Shown here: in pieces, positions 1 to 8,594 of the stretch | How the letters are laid out: each line of letters starts with the position of its first letter | How positions within the stretch are numbered: position 1 is the stretch's first letter | From: Escherichia phage LHE287 | Direction: 5' to 3' (one strand) | Sequence record: PP761450.1 | DNA length: 64,000 bases | Made by a program: the position numbers and the translations under genes | Notes under the pieces: generated by a model | Seen by the model: the letters and a program-made list of their open reading frames with translations, nothing else | The model's database searches: none | Told to the model about the DNA's origin: nothing

Positions 1-450
1 CTTACTACAGTGGCCATCACGGCATGCCATACGGCACTGAATGGCGTTGTAGTATAGGTCGGGACTGATGTGGCAACGGTAGTTCTTCTTGCCCTTCAGG
101 ATGTCTATCGCCACGGCTTTCTCTGCTGCATACTGATCCTGTAAACCTTTGGTCGGCGTCGTGATAGACGTGCGGAACTGACCATACGGGTTGTGCTCAA
201 GAACCAAATGGCGAAGCACGTTATGGATGGTAGTGCCGATGAGGGATTTACCTACACCAGTCGGAGCCTCGATGATCACGTGTTTGAATTTCTTATTCAC
301 AAGGGCATCAATGGCTTCAACGATGCATTCCATCTGGCCGGGGTTGGCGGTGTCATACGGGAAGAACTCAGTGGCAAGAGACTTGATGCGGTCTATGCTG
401 ACTGGTCCGACGCCGTCAAGCGCCTTGGTATATTGGTTGAATGCTGTCAC
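1..450 (-). CDS. SF2 DNA helicase (DinG/Rad3-like), N-terminal fragment; C-terminal part lies beyond the window edge
   Basis: Minus-strand frame open to position 1; GTG start at 448-450 preceded by AGGAGG (455-463); translated N-terminus contains Walker A-like IIEAPTGVGKS. Not in the supplied ORF track. Confidence 0.5.
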   Translation of the reverse strand, partial: MTAFNQYTKALDGVGPVSIDRIKSLATEFFPYDTANPGQMECIVEAIDALVNKKFKHVIIEAPTGVGKSLIGTTIHNVLRHLVLEHNPYGQFRTSITTPTKGLQDQYAAEKAVAIDILKGKKNYRCHISPDLYYNAIQCRMACRDGHCSK

Positions 451-500
451 TTTCTTCCTCCTATGGGATTCGCCTATAGTTTACCCGATCCCCAAGAACG

Positions 501-526
501 AAAAAGCCGGAGTACAATGCTCCGGC
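501..526 (-). terminator. Hairpin plus U-run between HU gene and helicase gene
   Basis: gccggag/ctccggc stem followed on the minus strand by TTTTT. Confidence 0.4.
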
Positions 527-578
527 TTTCTCTTTGCCATGCCCTGTAATGCAGAGCCTGGCCGCGCGTCAGATAGAA

Positions 579-857
579 TTACTTGCCGTTGGCAGCGTTC
601 TTCAGACCTTCGCCCACTTTGAATTTCACAACGTTTTTCGCCGCGATCTGAATGGTCTGGCCGTTCAGAGGGTTGCGACCTTCACGCGCTTCTTGGTGTT
701 TAACTTCGAACGCACCGAAGCCAACCAGCTGTACAGATGCGCCTGCAGCAACTGCAGTTTTAACACCGTCGATAAAGGATGCCACTACTTTCTCCGCTTC
801 GCCTTTGGTGATATTCTGGGTCGAAGCAATGTGGGCAACAAATTCAGTACGATTCAT
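579..857 (-). CDS. HU/IHF-family histone-like DNA-binding protein
   Basis: 92 aa; strong resemblance to bacterial HU (VQLVGFGAFEV...REGRNPLNGQTIQIAAKNVVKFKVGEGLK); RBS GGAGA upstream. Confidence 0.85.
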   Translation of the reverse strand: MNRTEFVAHIASTQNITKGEAEKVVASFIDGVKTAVAAGASVQLVGFGAFEVKHQEAREGRNPLNGQTIQIAAKNVVKFKVGEGLKNAANGK

Positions 858-947
858 CTGGATTTCTCCGTTGGATTAATGTTTACTTTCATGTTCACTA
901 CAAGAGGACTACATCTTACCTAACAAAACATATTGAATAAAGCGAAA

Positions 948-1232
948 TTATTGGGTGTTTCCTTTAGAGATGAATGATTCCATGTCTGTCCGGGAAATAA
1001 TCGTTTCTACACGATCTTCATCGATCAACATTTCGTTCAGAAGATCGTACCCCAGGACTTGTACATCACGCACACCACAAGATCGTTTGTTCAGTTCTGC
1101 CTCAACATTGAGAACCCGCTGAACCGTCAGGCCACCAGAGGAGAACGGTACTGGATAGAAAGCAGAACACACTTGCGTGCTCCCATTTACGCTGTAACGA
1201 ACCAGCAAGACATCACACCATACACCAGCCAT
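948..1232 (-). CDS. hypothetical protein
   Basis: 94-aa ORF with ATG and GGAGG RBS. Confidence 0.5.
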   Translation of the reverse strand: MAGVWCDVLLVRYSVNGSTQVCSAFYPVPFSSGGLTVQRVLNVEAELNKRSCGVRDVQVLGYDLLNEMLIDEDRVETIISRTDMESFISKGNTQ

Positions 1233-1233
1233 A

Positions 1234-1896
1234 TTACACCTCCACCGCGTGAGACTTCAGGAGTTCATCAATCTCTTTCTGTCCCATGTATGAGAACGGG
1301 GTGCGCTGGTAGAACGCCCAGAGTACTAACTGGACAACAGCACGGGAACGGGTTTCGGCCGTCATCACCAGGCCACTGAAATGAGGAGACTCAGCTGTCC
1401 ATTGTATCTCTTCGCCCAGGTCTTGATTACAGGTCACCGAGATGCGGAACTTGTTGCACAGATTGTCGACTTCTTTGTACGCATCGGTAGACACACGAAG
1501 TTGTTCCGCATGCGCCCACGGAGTTGTGACGATTCTTTCACCCATCACTTTATCAGAGATAAACCAATCAATACATTCGGTAAACTCACTAAAATGGTCG
1601 ATACGATAAATGCAGTCTCCCCCTTCCATAGAACGCATGGCATGATAGCGAGCGTCGATTTCGTTGTTGTGCATCGCGTTGAAGTCGATGAACACGCGAC
1701 GCGCCAGCACAACATCTTCTGGTTGAAGTGCCAAGAAATCGTTCAGGCGGCTATAATGGAGGATATTGGAACCGTCGTGGCCACGTGTGCAATATGCGTA
1801 ATAGCTACCGATACGGGCGTGGGCAATATAAGACAACGGGGCGAAGAATAATCCGTCAGGATCAGGACCGACGATAATAGAATAAAGTTTTTCCAT
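1234..1896 (-). CDS. hypothetical protein
   Basis: ORF 1234..1911 trimmed to first ATG (1896); the listed start is TTG. Confidence 0.5.
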   Translation of the reverse strand: MEKLYSIIVGPDPDGLFFAPLSYIAHARIGSYYAYCTRGHDGSNILHYSRLNDFLALQPEDVVLARRVFIDFNAMHNNEIDARYHAMRSMEGGDCIYRIDHFSEFTECIDWFISDKVMGERIVTTPWAHAEQLRVSTDAYKEVDNLCNKFRISVTCNQDLGEEIQWTAESPHFSGLVMTAETRSRAVVQLVLWAFYQRTPFSYMGQKEIDELLKSHAVEV

Positions 1897-1952
1897 GATA
1901 TAGTCACTCAAATGAAAGGGCAGCTTTATGATAAGCCGCCCGAGGTTATTGA

Positions 1953-2807
1953 TTATTGGAAATCGCCAACATACATGTTCAGCTTGTCGTCCCAGTTCAG
2001 AACGACACGGATCGTTCCGGTATCTTCTGGGAAGGTCAGTCTGTCACACATGGCGCGATTAACATAAGTCCCGCTCTGGTTGACGTTGTAGTCCTTGCCT
2101 TGCATGATACCAAAACGCTTGAAGTCGCGAGTGACCATCATGTTCAGAGTTGTCCAAGGGATTGCATCGCGCAGGGCTTTGCACAGGATGATCTTACCAT
2201 CCGACCTGAACGACACAAACAGCTCGTTGGCGATACGACGGCGAGTAGGCGGTTCAAGTTCACGCAGGGAAATGAATTGTGAATTCTTTACCTTTTCTGC
2301 CAGCGTCTGTACTTCTGCTGGATCCGGCTTGAACGACTCCACTGAAGAGTCAGACTTCATCACAACGTCACCCTTGCGCTTCTCAACCAATTGCTCCACA
2401 GCCTTTTGACTGTATTTGGACTTAGGAACAACCGCTGGCTTGATGACAGGGCTTGCATCTGGTTTCGCCTTTGGGGTACTCCGAGCCGCACGCAGCTTTT
2501 CCTGGGCTTCCAGAATGCGCTCTTGACGAGAAAGCGGAGCCTTTGGGGTGATCTTCGTACTGAAGTCAGAAACGCCGACCCAGTCACCCTGGTCATTACG
2601 CTTGGCGACCAGAGTCAGTTTGTGGATGATACCCTGAAGTTTGCTCTCACGTAAGTTGTCGGCATACCAGAACTTCGCGCCCATCTCGAACTTCTCGGCG
2701 AAGATCACGCGAGCGTCTTCGTGTACCAACATAACTTTGGCTGCGTTGGGGGCAAAAGCCTTATTCTTTTCGATAATCGCCGCAGCGATTGTTTTGGTCA
2801 GGAGCAT
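1953..2807 (-). CDS. hypothetical protein, Lys/Pro-rich central region
   Basis: ORF 1953..2891 trimmed to ATG at 2807 with GAAGGAA RBS. Confidence 0.45.
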   Translation of the reverse strand: MLLTKTIAAAIIEKNKAFAPNAAKVMLVHEDARVIFAEKFEMGAKFWYADNLRESKLQGIIHKLTLVAKRNDQGDWVGVSDFSTKITPKAPLSRQERILEAQEKLRAARSTPKAKPDASPVIKPAVVPKSKYSQKAVEQLVEKRKGDVVMKSDSSVESFKPDPAEVQTLAEKVKNSQFISLRELEPPTRRRIANELFVSFRSDGKIILCKALRDAIPWTTLNMMVTRDFKRFGIMQGKDYNVNQSGTYVNRAMCDRLTFPEDTGTIRVVLNWDDKLNMYVGDFQ

Positions 2808-2847
2808 CACAGTGTATTCCTTCAGTTCACAATGTAGGGCTAAAATT

Positions 2848-3174
2848 TTAACCCGAAACTTTATTTTGAAATCCGACAAAGTCCTGGGCAATCCCCCGGC
2901 AATACATCAGGTCTTTCTTCGTTTGTGGACTGTTATCAGCCGCAGTCAGCATCATGGGAAGATCCAGCGCATTCTCTATCTGATCAACACTGAACAGATC
3001 AAGGCGCTTCAGCTCTCCCTCGAAGTCAGACAGTAGGATAGATGTGTCTTTGTCATCTGGGTGGAACTGCTGATACGTCTCCATCCATGCCACACATGTG
3101 TTCAGTTTGGACGGTGGTGCGGCGTTTACACACCCGGCTATCAGTACCAACAAGAGCAGGATTTTACATTTCAT
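2848..3174 (-). CDS. putative lipoprotein
   Basis: N-terminus MKCKILLLLVLIAGC: signal peptide with lipobox-like LIAGC. Confidence 0.5.
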   Translation of the reverse strand: MKCKILLLLVLIAGCVNAAPPSKLNTCVAWMETYQQFHPDDKDTSILLSDFEGELKRLDLFSVDQIENALDLPMMLTAADNSPQTKKDLMYCRGIAQDFVGFQNKVSG

Positions 3175-3860
3175 CACTCGTTCTCCTTCATCATATTGTC
3201 ACAGTCAACACGAGTCTGCTGGAGTTCGCGCGACATGCGAGGATCATCAAGGTTCACGCTCAGATTCGTGGCCAGGTCTTTCAGACCGTTCTGAACCCTG
3301 TCTTCAAAGTAATAATCGTTCTCAACCAGCCAGGCTCTGAGACCAAGAGCGCGGGTGCGCCATTCCTTCTTCAGGATGCGATCAGAGGTCTGCGTGGCGC
3401 TGTATTCGAATACTTTGACGCACTGGTTGCCATCGTTGATGAGGTTCAGGTGACGGCGGCCTATCTGCACACCCTTCTGTAATGCCGGAGAAGGGAGCGA
3501 ACGGCACTGTCTTACGGTCATTCGGCCTTGGGTGCCCATACGCCCAGTCATGATCAAATCGCCAGCCTCCATGCCTCCACGGTTAAATTCGTCGTCATTG
3601 AGGTAGCCTTTGAGGTTATAGGCTCCCTGTTTGTAACGGTTGAACTCAATTCCGGCATTGACGACAGCGGTGGAGACGTTGCCTGTGTTCCAGAGTTCAG
3701 CGAAGTTCTCTATGGAACCAGACTTGTCGATGGCAACCGCCTGGGAGAACCCAGCACAATAGGAAAGGTCGGACCACAGTTTATCACCTGTGGAGTTCAG
3801 CTTGGCAGCGGCGGGTAATGCCAGACCAGCCAGCACAACCCCGAGGATTAAACGTTTCAT
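3174..3860 (-). CDS. secreted protein (signal peptide)
   Basis: Internal start MKRLILGVVLAGLALPAAA at 3860 with AAGGAG RBS; the longer listed ORF has no RBS. Confidence 0.55.
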   Translation of the reverse strand: MKRLILGVVLAGLALPAAAKLNSTGDKLWSDLSYCAGFSQAVAIDKSGSIENFAELWNTGNVSTAVVNAGIEFNRYKQGAYNLKGYLNDDEFNRGGMEAGDLIMTGRMGTQGRMTVRQCRSLPSPALQKGVQIGRRHLNLINDGNQCVKVFEYSATQTSDRILKKEWRTRALGLRAWLVENDYYFEDRVQNGLKDLATNLSVNLDDPRMSRELQQTRVDCDNMMKENE

Positions 3861-3939
3861 GGCGATTCTCCTTATTTCATTGGATGAAATGATAGGCGGC
3901 TCACCATGATGAGTAAAGGGATTCAATAAACTATCGTAT

Positions 3940-4389
3940 TCAGAAACGGGTATCGCTGACCGTTCTGTATCGCACACCCTGAAACTGTTTAGCGAGTTTA
4001 ACAAATTCCATCGCTGGCAAATCAACTTTGTAGACCTTCATGCGCTGTTTGCCGTCCATGTTCAACGCAGCGACAAATCGGTGAGAACCGTCAACAACGT
4101 AATTGTCAGAAGATACCCAAACTCGACCCATAGGTTTCTTATTTCTGATCTGCTTCATAATCTTCCAGACCTTCATTTTATTGATTTCGTTCTGGGTAAG
4201 ACGAAGCGTTTTGATGGGCACTTGCGCAGCATCTATGGACACGCCGTTGTCTTCAAGATATTTGTGAAAATCTTCTTGTTTGTCGGCATCGATTTGCGGC
4301 ATAGAAGAACGAGAAAGCCCGAGGTTCCCAACAGGAATCCTCAGGCCGTTAATGATGTTCAACCAGTCAATAAAAGATGTAAGGAACAT
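3940..4389 (-). CDS. hypothetical protein
   Basis: 149-aa ORF, ATG with GAGGTG RBS. Confidence 0.5.
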   Translation of the reverse strand: MFLTSFIDWLNIINGLRIPVGNLGLSRSSMPQIDADKQEDFHKYLEDNGVSIDAAQVPIKTLRLTQNEINKMKVWKIMKQIRNKKPMGRVWVSSDNYVVDGSHRFVAALNMDGKQRMKVYKVDLPAMEFVKLAKQFQGVRYRTVSDTRF

Positions 4390-4421
4390 GACACACCTCG
4401 GGATATAGGGTTATCCCTTAG

Positions 4422-4622
4422 TTAGCGCATCCATCGATCCTTTCTCTCTTTCTCCTTGCGTTCGCGACGTTTCTGGTCGGATCGGAATAACCAATAGAAG
4501 AAGTTCCCACCCAAGATGAAAACCACCGCGATTATTACTAGGACACCCTTCACAATTTCCCAAACCAATTCTTTATCCAAATTATACCTCTTCTTCTTCT
4601 TCTTCTTCAGGTCCACCGTCAA
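4422..4622 (-). CDS. possible small membrane protein (no ATG start; TTG or GTG or frameshift product)
   Basis: ORF-track frame contains a hydrophobic helix VLVIIAVVFILGG and a basic tail; begins inside the (GAA)6 run of the upstream gene. Confidence 0.25.
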   Translation of the reverse strand: MTVDLKKKKKKRYNLDKELVWEIVKGVLVIIAVVFILGGNFFYWLFRSDQKRRERKEKERKDRWMR

Positions 4623-4878
4623 TCAGGATACGAGCGGCGTCGAAAGTTTCCCCGCCCGTGTTCAGCAGCTTGGTCAGATCGTCAAGATATCGGACCGTGC
4701 CAAGATCAGATGACCGCGATATGAACTCCAGCATACCATACAACGCTGTTTGGAATCGGCTGTTATCGATATCGTTCTTTATTACCATCAGGCGCAAGAT
4801 GTTCTCTGACTGAGTATGGCCAACACACGCCTTGTCTCTGATCATCTCCTTGATAGAACTTCTCTCTGATGGTGTCAT
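4582..4878 (-). CDS. hypothetical protein with C-terminal poly-Glu tail
   Basis: 98 aa ending EEEEEEEV, encoded by a (GAA)6 run; ATG with G-rich RBS. Confidence 0.45.
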   Translation of the reverse strand: MTPSERSSIKEMIRDKACVGHTQSENILRLMVIKNDIDNSRFQTALYGMLEFISRSSDLGTVRYLDDLTKLLNTGGETFDAARILIDGGPEEEEEEEV

Positions 4879-5249
4879 AACGTACCCCCGACAGAGATCA
4901 AGAACTCTTCTTGCATGGTCTTGACCGGGTGGTGGTTGCGGGTTTCGAACATGAAGCCCCAGCCACCGTCGGCGACGTTGCCAAAGGTCTTGACGCCAAA
5001 GGACTTCGTCCCGTTGGAGCAGGAATAGATGTCCAGGACGTATGGGCTACCCTGATTGTCGATCCCACGATTCACGTCGTCTGATACGCAGCGCTCAATC
5101 ATCTTCCCGTTCTTATACAGAACGAGGTCTTGGCCATACGCCTTGAAAGCATAAACACCGTTGGTAGACACTCCGGTGATGACAGGAGGGGCGGAAACAG
5201 CAGCAAAGGAAGCGCCCAGCAGGGCAACAGCGAGGATTAACTTTTTCAT
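4875..5249 (-). CDS. secreted protein (signal peptide)
   Basis: Start MKKLILAVALLGASFAAVSA at 5249. Confidence 0.5.
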   Translation of the reverse strand: MKKLILAVALLGASFAAVSAPPVITGVSTNGVYAFKAYGQDLVLYKNGKMIERCVSDDVNRGIDNQGSPYVLDIYSCSNGTKSFGVKTFGNVADGGWGFMFETRNHHPVKTMQEEFLISVGGTL

Positions 5250-5308
5250 GATATAGTCTCTTGGTTTCAAATAGACGGGGTAATCATACCCCGCCCAAAG
5301 TTATAGAA

Positions 5309-5548
5309 TTAACTGATGTGCTTCAGAAGAGCGAAGAGGATCGCGGCCTTGGCCTTTACCTTTCCTACGATGCCTGTTTCGACATCAACTTCTTCAGCAA
5401 CCCACTCTTTTCCCTTCTTGCTGATGATAACGTCACGACGCTGTGCGTAGACTTCTTTGGTCGCATACACACGGCGGAACCCTTTAGCGCGGAGCAATCC
5501 CCAATTGCGATCAATTTCTACTGAGGTTTCTACCATTTTGTTCTTCAT
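5309..5548 (-). CDS. hypothetical protein
   Basis: 79-aa ORF; upstream AAGGTAAG...TTATATC-ATG. Confidence 0.45.
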   Translation of the reverse strand: MKNKMVETSVEIDRNWGLLRAKGFRRVYATKEVYAQRRDVIISKKGKEWVAEEVDVETGIVGKVKAKAAILFALLKHIS

Positions 5549-5599
5549 GATATAATCTTACCTTTCAACCCGGTGAACCCATCGTTCGCCAGTTATTGA

Positions 5600-5629
5600 A
5601 TAATACGCATTTACCTTATAGAAGTAAAC
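5600..5629 (-). promoter_or_regulatory. candidate sigma70/T4-early-type promoter (GTTTAC-N18-TATTAT)
   Basis: Minus-strand -35 GTTTAC (5624-5629) and -10 TATTAT (5600-5605), upstream of gene starting at 5548. Confidence 0.4.
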
Positions 5630-5640
5630 CCCTAAAAGTA

Positions 5641-5667
5641 AAAATCCCCAACAAACGTTGGGGATTT
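5641..5667 (-). terminator. rho-independent terminator
   Basis: ccccaac/gttgggg stem followed on the minus strand by TTTTTACTTTT; downstream of gene 5682..5906. Confidence 0.55.
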
Positions 5668-5681
5668 AATAAAAGTTATGC

Positions 5682-5906
5682 CTATTTAATTTCTCGGCTT
5701 GAATTTTCTAGTTCTAATTTTCTTATAGCGGAAATTCTGCCTTCATCAGTTGCGGGAAACTCCCAAACAGCACGACGCCCATTGTTGGTATCACAACTTG
5801 CCAGCCAGCAGAAATTAGAGGGGTCCTTAAACAAGACCAACTTCGGATTTCCTAAATTGATGAGGTTAAACGGGGTGAGGTCAACAACACATGATATAGC
5901 AGACAT
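5682..5906 (-). CDS. hypothetical small protein flanked by the two repeat copies
   Basis: 74-aa ORF, ATG with AGAAGG RBS. Confidence 0.4.
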   Translation of the reverse strand: MSAISCVVDLTPFNLINLGNPKLVLFKDPSNFCWLASCDTNNGRRAVWEFPATDEGRISAIRKLELENSSREIK

Positions 5907-5951
5907 AACATATACCTTCTTTCAATGAACGGGAACGCCCCGATCTATGAA

Positions 5952-6020
5952 TTCAATAATACGCATTTACCTTATAGAAGTAAACCCCTAAAAGTAAAAA
6001 TCCCCAACGTTTGTTGGGGA
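5952..6020. repeat. Direct repeat copy 2
   Basis: Same core as 5596..5667; the hairpin is present with its loop reverse-complemented. Confidence 0.7.
5956..5985 (-). promoter_or_regulatory. candidate sigma70/T4-early-type promoter (GTTTAC-N18-TATTAT)
   Basis: Same element as 5600..5629, upstream of gene starting at 5906. Confidence 0.4.
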
Positions 6021-6022
6021 CT
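5996..6022 (-). terminator. rho-independent terminator
   Basis: ccccaac/gttgggg stem plus U-run directly after the stop of the ACP-like gene. Confidence 0.5.
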
Positions 6023-6026
6023 TCTG

Positions 6027-6350
6027 TTATTTGCGCAGGGCAACCACGAGTTCAGCGAGTTCACCCATGGTCGGGTCGTCGCCTTTACTACCTAGCCACC
6101 CGTCGTCGATTTCGACCTGAAACTCTTCTTCGAGGTCCATTACAATTTCGATAGCGTCCAGTTCATCACCGCCGAGGTCTTTCTTGGTACGGAGGCCAGC
6201 CAGCTTGTCCAGGGCGTCCTCGTTCTGAGATGCCACGTCGTCCAGCAATTTGCGCTTGTCATCGTCACGCCACAGATCCATATTCAGATTGTCAGTGGCG
6301 TACTGAGCCAGATGACGCATGACTTCAACATATGTTGGCTTACTGCTCAT
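6027..6350 (-). CDS. acyl-carrier-protein-like protein (Ser-to-Glu at the phosphopantetheine site)
   Basis: KDLGGDELDAIEIVMDLEEEFQVEIDD aligns with E. coli ACP [27 protein letters not shown] (from memory); the conserved Ser is Glu here. Confidence 0.6.
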   Translation of the reverse strand: MSSKPTYVEVMRHLAQYATDNLNMDLWRDDDKRKLLDDVASQNEDALDKLAGLRTKKDLGGDELDAIEIVMDLEEEFQVEIDDGWLGSKGDDPTMGELAELVVALRK

Positions 6351-6369
6351 GCTACTTCTCCCAAAGAAA

Positions 6370-6385
6370 GGCGGGTTGCCCCGCC
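6370..6385 (-). terminator. GNRA-loop hairpin plus U-run after the vWA gene
   Basis: ggcggg-ttgc-cccgcc; minus strand shows a GCAA loop followed by TTTCTTT. Confidence 0.45.
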
Positions 6386-6392
6386 CGTTGGA

Positions 6393-8594
6393 TTAGATTT
6401 TGATTTCTTTCTCTGTCAGTTCGGCAGTGACCTTGTACTTCACGCCATCCACTTCAACTTCCATGGTGGACTCTTCCAGGTCGAGGTCGGTGAACCAGCC
6501 GTGGCCAGCAACGATACCATACACCACTTTAGACAGTGTCTTGTTCAGGGCACGGACTTCGGTGATGGCCGCCTTGGCAGCAGCGTCGATCCAGTTTTCG
6601 ATCAGCTGTTTCTGTAAGGCTTCAGGCACGGCAGTGATCATAGGAGACTTCACGAATGCTTCGTACTCTTTCAGAGCATTGGCGATGAACAAGTCACCAG
6701 CATTGAGTTTCTTGTTCTCTGCGATCTTCTTCTGTACTGCCGCGATGCTCGGTAGTGAAGACGCCCCGGCGATCTTCACGTTCAGCTCACGGCTCATGTA
6801 GAAGTCGGTAGACTCTTTGGTCTCAGTCTTCGGTGAGAAGCCGTAATCGCGGATGCCGTAGGAGGACAGGAACTCGGCCGCCTCAGCGCCGTACTGTACT
6901 GCCAGGCCTTTGGCGTTACCCTTACCAACCAGGGCGTCTCGATAGAACTTCAGCACCTTCTGCTTGCCTTTCAGGGCTTCCAGACGGACATTATCCGCAA
7001 AGAACTGAGCAGCACTGATGTTCTTGACCATGGCGCGGTTGACCAGCGGTACGCTTTCCAGGTTCAGGACAAACACTTCCGGGCCACCAAACACGTGGAC
7101 GCCCATTTCGATCAGCTTCTGTACAACTTCGATATCAGCCTTGAACGGCAGAGTCTTCACGTTAATGATACCGTCTTTGACGATGGTGTAGTTGCGCCAC
7201 TGGAAAGTATCCAGTTCTTCAGGCAGGCCAAACTTCTTCTGTGCGAATTCAGGCACAGCCACAGTACCGTGTTGAATTGTACGCACACTGATGTTCGGGC
7301 GCTCGGAGTTATAGACCAAATCACTGATTGGCACAACACCCAGATCGTTGGTAGGTTCGAACGTCGGGTTCCACTCTTCGTGTTCTGCCAGCTTGAGAGC
7401 CAGGGCTTTACGCTCTTCTTTGGACTGAGCATTCGCGATCTGTTCTGCCAGCTTGTCTTCGGTGTCGTCGGTTTTCTGCACAGTACCGCGCCCGATACTC
7501 TTATAGGAGAACATCGGATGCTTGGTAGCAACAGGTACACCAGCTTCAGCCAGGTACGTCAGCACATCAACGACGGTGGTCGCATCTTCAGCCGGAACCA
7601 GGTCATAGTCAATACCGTCAACGCCGCGCAGCTGGTCGTCAACAATCGCCTGAACCAGATCGTTCTTGATGTTGGAGTAGTCCTGCTTGGTGAAGCAGTT
7701 GCTGTACTGTTTGATGAAGCGAACGTCGCCCGTCTTCTTCAGCGCAGCCCAAACCAGATCTGCGTCCATAGTGTGTACACCGTAGAACGCCAGCACGTAT
7801 GCCGCCTGGATGTCCGTCAGGCTATCCATCTGGTCGATCATGTTAGGGTTTACAACCCACAGCTTGGTGACGCTCTCAGGGATGCTCACATAGCCGACCG
7901 GGTGAGAGTCATCGTCCTGCACCGCCAGTACTGTTGCCACACCGTTTTCGACGTAGATGGCATGGGTGTAGATGACTGGGACATCAACTTTCACCTTCGG
8001 CACTGATGACTTCAGCACGTTTTCCAGTTCGGTCTGGTATTCGGTCTGACCTTCGGCAAACACATGAGTCGCGCCAGAGCGCTCGGACATCAGAGCCAGC
8101 AGTTCGCGGTTACAGTGCCAGCCGTATTCGATGAAAGTAATGTTATCGAACGCAGAAGGCAAGGTTTCGGCGACGGCCAGGATTTCGTTTGAGCGCCAGC
8201 AGTTGTCATAACCATCGGTCATGAATGCCAGGTTGTTGACGTAACCAGGTTTCTTCAGGTCACGCGCAGTATCCATCGCCAGTTTCAACGGCTCAACGAA
8301 GCCAGTACATCCGGACGGTTGCAGGAAGCGATCGATCAGTTTGTTCAGCTCGCTCAGGTCAGACGCAGCACTAACCTGGCGGCCAGCGAACACAGTACCA
8401 AAGTCGCCTTTGGAGGAGAAATACAGAACGCTCACAGTGTCTTCCGGTTTCACCAGGGAAGGCAGGTTCTCCTTCAGATGCTTACGGACTTCAGGGAGCG
8501 CACGGTACATAGAGCCGGAAATGTCTACAACGATTACATGGTTGGACGGGGTAGCAGTCGCAACCGCATTCTTAAATTCTAATGATTCAATCAT
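6393..8594 (-). CDS. von Willebrand factor A (vWA) domain protein, 733 aa
   Basis: N-terminal MIDAS-like VVVDISGSM...TDG; start taken at MIESLEF (8594) with AAGGCGAAGAG RBS. Confidence 0.7.
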   Translation of the reverse strand: MIESLEFKNAVATATPSNHVIVVDISGSMYRALPEVRKHLKENLPSLVKPEDTVSVLYFSSKGDFGTVFAGRQVSAASDLSELNKLIDRFLQPSGCTGFVEPLKLAMDTARDLKKPGYVNNLAFMTDGYDNCWRSNEILAVAETLPSAFDNITFIEYGWHCNRELLALMSERSGATHVFAEGQTEYQTELENVLKSSVPKVKVDVPVIYTHAIYVENGVATVLAVQDDDSHPVGYVSIPESVTKLWVVNPNMIDQMDSLTDIQAAYVLAFYGVHTMDADLVWAALKKTGDVRFIKQYSNCFTKQDYSNIKNDLVQAIVDDQLRGVDGIDYDLVPAEDATTVVDVLTYLAEAGVPVATKHPMFSYKSIGRGTVQKTDDTEDKLAEQIANAQSKEERKALALKLAEHEEWNPTFEPTNDLGVVPISDLVYNSERPNISVRTIQHGTVAVPEFAQKKFGLPEELDTFQWRNYTIVKDGIINVKTLPFKADIEVVQKLIEMGVHVFGGPEVFVLNLESVPLVNRAMVKNISAAQFFADNVRLEALKGKQKVLKFYRDALVGKGNAKGLAVQYGAEAAEFLSSYGIRDYGFSPKTETKESTDFYMSRELNVKIAGASSLPSIAAVQKKIAENKKLNAGDLFIANALKEYEAFVKSPMITAVPEALQKQLIENWIDAAAKAAITEVRALNKTLSKVVYGIVAGHGWFTDLDLEESTMEVEVDGVKYKVTAELTEKEIKI

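Larger units (their letters stand above)
5596..5667. repeat. Direct repeat copy 1 (terminator hairpin plus promoter-like element)
   Basis: About 70 bp near-identical to 5952..6020 (AATAATACGCATTTACCTTATAGAAGTAAACCCCTAAAAGTAAAAATCCCCAAC...). Confidence 0.7.

Noticed and set aside
191-622. Plus ORFs 191..622 and 193..549
   Set aside because: They overlap the minus-strand helicase N-terminus (Walker A, AGGAGG RBS) and the terminator upstream of the HU gene; no homology or RBS.
5596-6022. CRISPR array
   Set aside because: Only two repeat copies with a 280-bp gene between them, each containing promoter and terminator signals; no array and no cas genes anywhere in the window.
7095-8006. Long plus-strand ORFs lying inside minus-strand genes (7095..8006, 9496..10029, 10072..10554, 12080..12937, 15298..16107, 30773..31477, 36111..37139, 45530..46282 and similar)
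   Set aside because: Each is antisense to a longer minus-strand gene with recognisable homology or good initiation signals; they lack RBSs and translate to low-complexity sequence, so they are shadow ORFs.
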